Assembly (NCBI RefSeq): GCF_045037415.1 | Contig: NZ_CP173438.1 | DNA length: 64,000 bases | Source: Escherichia coli | GTDB lineage: Bacteria; Pseudomonadota; Gammaproteobacteria; Enterobacterales; Enterobacteriaceae | Strand: one strand, 5' to 3' | Shown: in pieces, positions 61,468 through 64,000 of the stretch | Numbering within the stretch: position 1 is the first letter of the stretch | Layout: every line of letters begins with the position of its first letter | Notes under the pieces: model-generated | What the model was told of the DNA's origin: nothing | The model's input: only the letters and a program-made list of their open reading frames with translations | Databases searched by the model: none | Translations under genes and position numbers: made by a program

Positions 61468-63639
61468 ATGAGTGAAACCATAACCCAGGGCCGTTTACGC
61501 ATTGACGCCAATTTTAAACGTTTTGTGGATGAAGAAGTTTTGCCGGGAACAGGGGTGGACGCTGCGGCGTTCTGGCGCAATTTTGATGAGATCGTTCACG
61601 ATCTGGCACCAGAAAATCGTCAGTTGCTGGCAGAACGCGATCGCATTCAGGCGGCGCTTGATGAGTGGCATCGCAGCAATCCGGGGCCGGTTAAAGATAA
61701 AGCGGCCTATAAATCTTTCCTGCGTGAACTGGGCTACCTGGTGCCACAACCGGATCGCGTGACGGTGGAAACCACGGGCATTGACAGCGAAATCACCAGC
61801 CAGGCGGGGCCACAGCTGGTGGTTCCGGCAATGAACGCCCGCTACGCGCTGAACGCGGCGAACGCTCGCTGGGGCTCACTGTACGATGCGTTATACGGCA
61901 GCGACATCATCCCGCAGGAAGGGGCGATGGTCAGCGGCTACGATCCGCAGCGCGGTGAGCAGGTTATCGCCTGGGTTCGGTGTTTCCTCGATGAATCACT
62001 ACCGCTGGAAAACGGCAGCTATCAGGATGTGGTGGCGTTTAAGGTGGTTGATAAACAATTACACATCCAGTTGAAAAATGGTAAAGAAACCACGTTACGC
62101 ACCCCGGCGCAGTTTGTCGGTTACCGTGGCAATGCCGCTGCGCCGTCCTGCATTTTGCTGAAAAATAACGGCCTGCATATTGAGCTGCAAATCGATGCCA
62201 ACGGGCGGATTGGCAAAGACGATCCGGCGCATATCAACGATGTTATCGTCGAAGCGGCCATCAGTACCATTCTCGACTGCGAAGATTCGGTCGCGGCGGT
62301 TGATGCGGAAGATAAAATCCTGCTGTACCGCAACCTGCTGGGCCTGATGCAGGGGACTCTGCAAGAGAAAATGGAAAAAAACGGTCGGCAAATCGTGCGT
62401 AAACTGAATGACGATCGTCATTACACCGCCGCCGATGGCTCTGAAATTTCTCTGCACGGACGCTCGCTGCTGTTTATCCGCAACGTGGGTCATTTGATGA
62501 CCATTCCTGTGATTTGGGACAGCGAAGGCAATGAAATCCCGGAAGGCATTCTTGATGGCGTCATGACTGGCGCTATTGCCCTCTATGATTTAAAAGTGCA
62601 GAAAAACTCGCGCACTGGCAGCGTCTATATTGTGAAACCGAAAATGCACGGTCCGCAGGAAGTGGCGTTCGCCAACAAACTGTTTACCCGCATTGAGACA
62701 ATGCTCGGTATGGCACCGAATACCCTGAAAATGGGCATTATGGATGAAGAACGCCGAACCTCGCTGAACTTGCGTAGCTGTATTGCTCAGGCGCGCAACC
62801 GCGTGGCGTTCATCAATACCGGTTTCCTCGACCGTACCGGCGATGAGATGCATTCGGTGATGGAAGCTGGCCCGATGCTGCGTAAAAACCAGATGAAATC
62901 GACGCCGTGGATCAAAGCCTACGAGCGTAATAATGTGCTTTCCGGTCTGTTCTGTGGGCTGCGCGGTAAAGCGCAAATCGGTAAAGGCATGTGGGCAATG
63001 CCGGACCTGATGGCAGACATGTACAGCCAGAAGGGCGACCAACTGCGTGCCGGGGCAAACACAGCCTGGGTTCCGTCACCAACCGCTGCTACGCTCCATG
63101 TGCTGCACTACCACCAAACCAACGTACAGAGCGTGCAGGCCAACATTGCCCAGAGCGAGTTCAATGCTGAATTTGAACCGCTGCTGGACGATCTGTTGAC
63201 CATTCCGGTTGCTGAAAACGCTAACTGGTCGGTGGAAGAGATCCAACAAGAGCTGGATAACAACGTGCAGGGGATTCTGGGGTACGTGGTGCGTTGGGTG
63301 GAGCAGGGGATTGGTTGTTCAAAAGTGCCGGATATTCACAACGTGGCGCTGATGGAAGACCGCGCAACGCTGCGTATCTCCAGCCAGCATATCGCCAATT
63401 GGTTACGTCACGGTATTCTGACCAAAGAACAGGTGCAGGCGTCGCTGGAGAATATGGCGAAAGTGGTTGATCAGCAAAACGCTGGCGATCCGGCTTATCG
63501 TCCGATGGCGGGGAATTTCGCTAACTCGTGTGCTTTTAAAGCTGCCAGCGATTTAATCTTCCTCGGCGTGAAACAGCCAAACGGCTATACCGAACCGTTA
63601 TTACACGCCTGGCGTTTACGCGAAAAAGAAAGTCATTAA
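61468..63639 (+). CDS. glcB: Malate synthase G
   Basis: 723-aa [34 protein letters not shown]... Confidence 0.97.
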   Translation: MSETITQGRLRIDANFKRFVDEEVLPGTGVDAAAFWRNFDEIVHDLAPENRQLLAERDRIQAALDEWHRSNPGPVKDKAAYKSFLRELGYLVPQPDRVTVETTGIDSEITSQAGPQLVVPAMNARYALNAANARWGSLYDALYGSDIIPQEGAMVSGYDPQRGEQVIAWVRCFLDESLPLENGSYQDVVAFKVVDKQLHIQLKNGKETTLRTPAQFVGYRGNAAAPSCILLKNNGLHIELQIDANGRIGKDDPAHINDVIVEAAISTILDCEDSVAAVDAEDKILLYRNLLGLMQGTLQEKMEKNGRQIVRKLNDDRHYTAADGSEISLHGRSLLFIRNVGHLMTIPVIWDSEGNEIPEGILDGVMTGAIALYDLKVQKNSRTGSVYIVKPKMHGPQEVAFANKLFTRIETMLGMAPNTLKMGIMDEERRTSLNLRSCIAQARNRVAFINTGFLDRTGDEMHSVMEAGPMLRKNQMKSTPWIKAYERNNVLSGLFCGLRGKAQIGKGMWAMPDLMADMYSQKGDQLRAGANTAWVPSPTAATLHVLHYHQTNVQSVQANIAQSEFNAEFEPLLDDLLTIPVAENANWSVEEIQQELDNNVQGILGYVVRWVEQGIGCSKVPDIHNVALMEDRATLRISSQHIANWLRHGILTKEQVQASLENMAKVVDQQNAGDPAYRPMAGNFANSCAFKAASDLIFLGVKQPNGYTEPLLHAWRLREKESH

Positions 63640-63651
63640 TAGCGTCAAAAA

Positions 63652-63679
63652 AGCCCCGGCAAGTTTTATTGTCGGGGCT
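63652..63679 (+). terminator. Weak stem-loop downstream of glcB
   Basis: AGCCCCG-(14-nt loop)-CGGGGCT about 12 nt after the glcB stop; large loop and no T-run, so only a tentative terminator. Confidence 0.3.
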
Positions 63680-64000
63680 ATGATAGTAACTGCGGTAGTA
63701 CATTTATCCCGGAAATAACCGGAGCGATTATCAGGGTTTAACAATATTAAATACCCGTAGCGCATTACTAGCGGGCCTAAAACAACAATATGGACATCTT
63801 AACGATACTCTGCGCCTGCGTGTGCGGAACAGAAACCCTTACCCGATATACTTGTTATGCCAGAGGTAGCAATTGCGTTAGCAGCGTACTGTTGCTGTAA
63901 AGTATAACGCCTATATTTTACAGTTCAGTCCTCTTTTGCTTATTACAACCTTAAGTATATCAAGCATATAAAGATAATAAGAGACTGAACAATATGGTTA

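Noticed and set aside
63994-64000. Start of glcA as a CDS feature
   Set aside because: Only 7 nt (ATGGTTA) fall inside the window; this is consistent with the recalled glcA N-terminus but is too short to support a feature call.

Overview
This window is Escherichia coli chromosome (Enterobacteriaceae core backbone), in the qseC to glcA region, reverse-complemented relative to how I recall the K-12 map. From the translations I recognise, in order: qseC (partial, -), qseB (-), ygiW, ygiV, ygiS, parC, plsC, ftsP (+); a ~7.5 kb AT-richer accessory block with a TRAP transporter (DctPQM), three dehydrogenases and a GntR regulator (-); ygiQ; yqhH, yqhG, dkgA, yqhD (-); yqhC; yghB, metC (-); exbB, exbD; yghA (-); yqhA; gpr (-); an intact yghX; yghW; the complete hydrogenase-2 operon hybOABCDEFG; yghU (-); gss; pitB; yghT (-), yghS, yghR, yghQ; then a ~9 kb locus that I believe is largely missing or disrupted in K-12; and finally glcC (-) and glcDEFGB (+). 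No rRNA, tRNA, CRISPR array, integrase or transposase was seen. The most interesting candidate is the yghQ to yghO locus (about 45.7-56.2 kb). It holds a translationally coupled operon for a fatty acyl-AMP ligase, an NAD-dependent reductase, an acyl carrier protein and a serine-palmitoyltransferase-like alpha-oxoamine synthase. Convergent with it is an operon for a MOP-flippase-like protein, a hypothetical protein, a YtfJ-like periplasmic protein and a second LptF/LptG-like permease pair with no ATPase. An intact GNAT-like yghO and the three P-loop kinase-like paralogs yghR/S/T flank it. I interpret this as a candidate sphingoid/ceramide-like (or other aminolipid) biosynthesis and envelope export system; that is inference from domain content and gene order only. 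All family assignments rest on reading the supplied translations and on recalled motifs; no database search or computation was run. Two further differences from my recollection of K-12 are the apparent absence of the mqsRA toxin-antitoxin pair between ygiV and ygiS, and a 15-bp in-frame tandem duplication in yghR.
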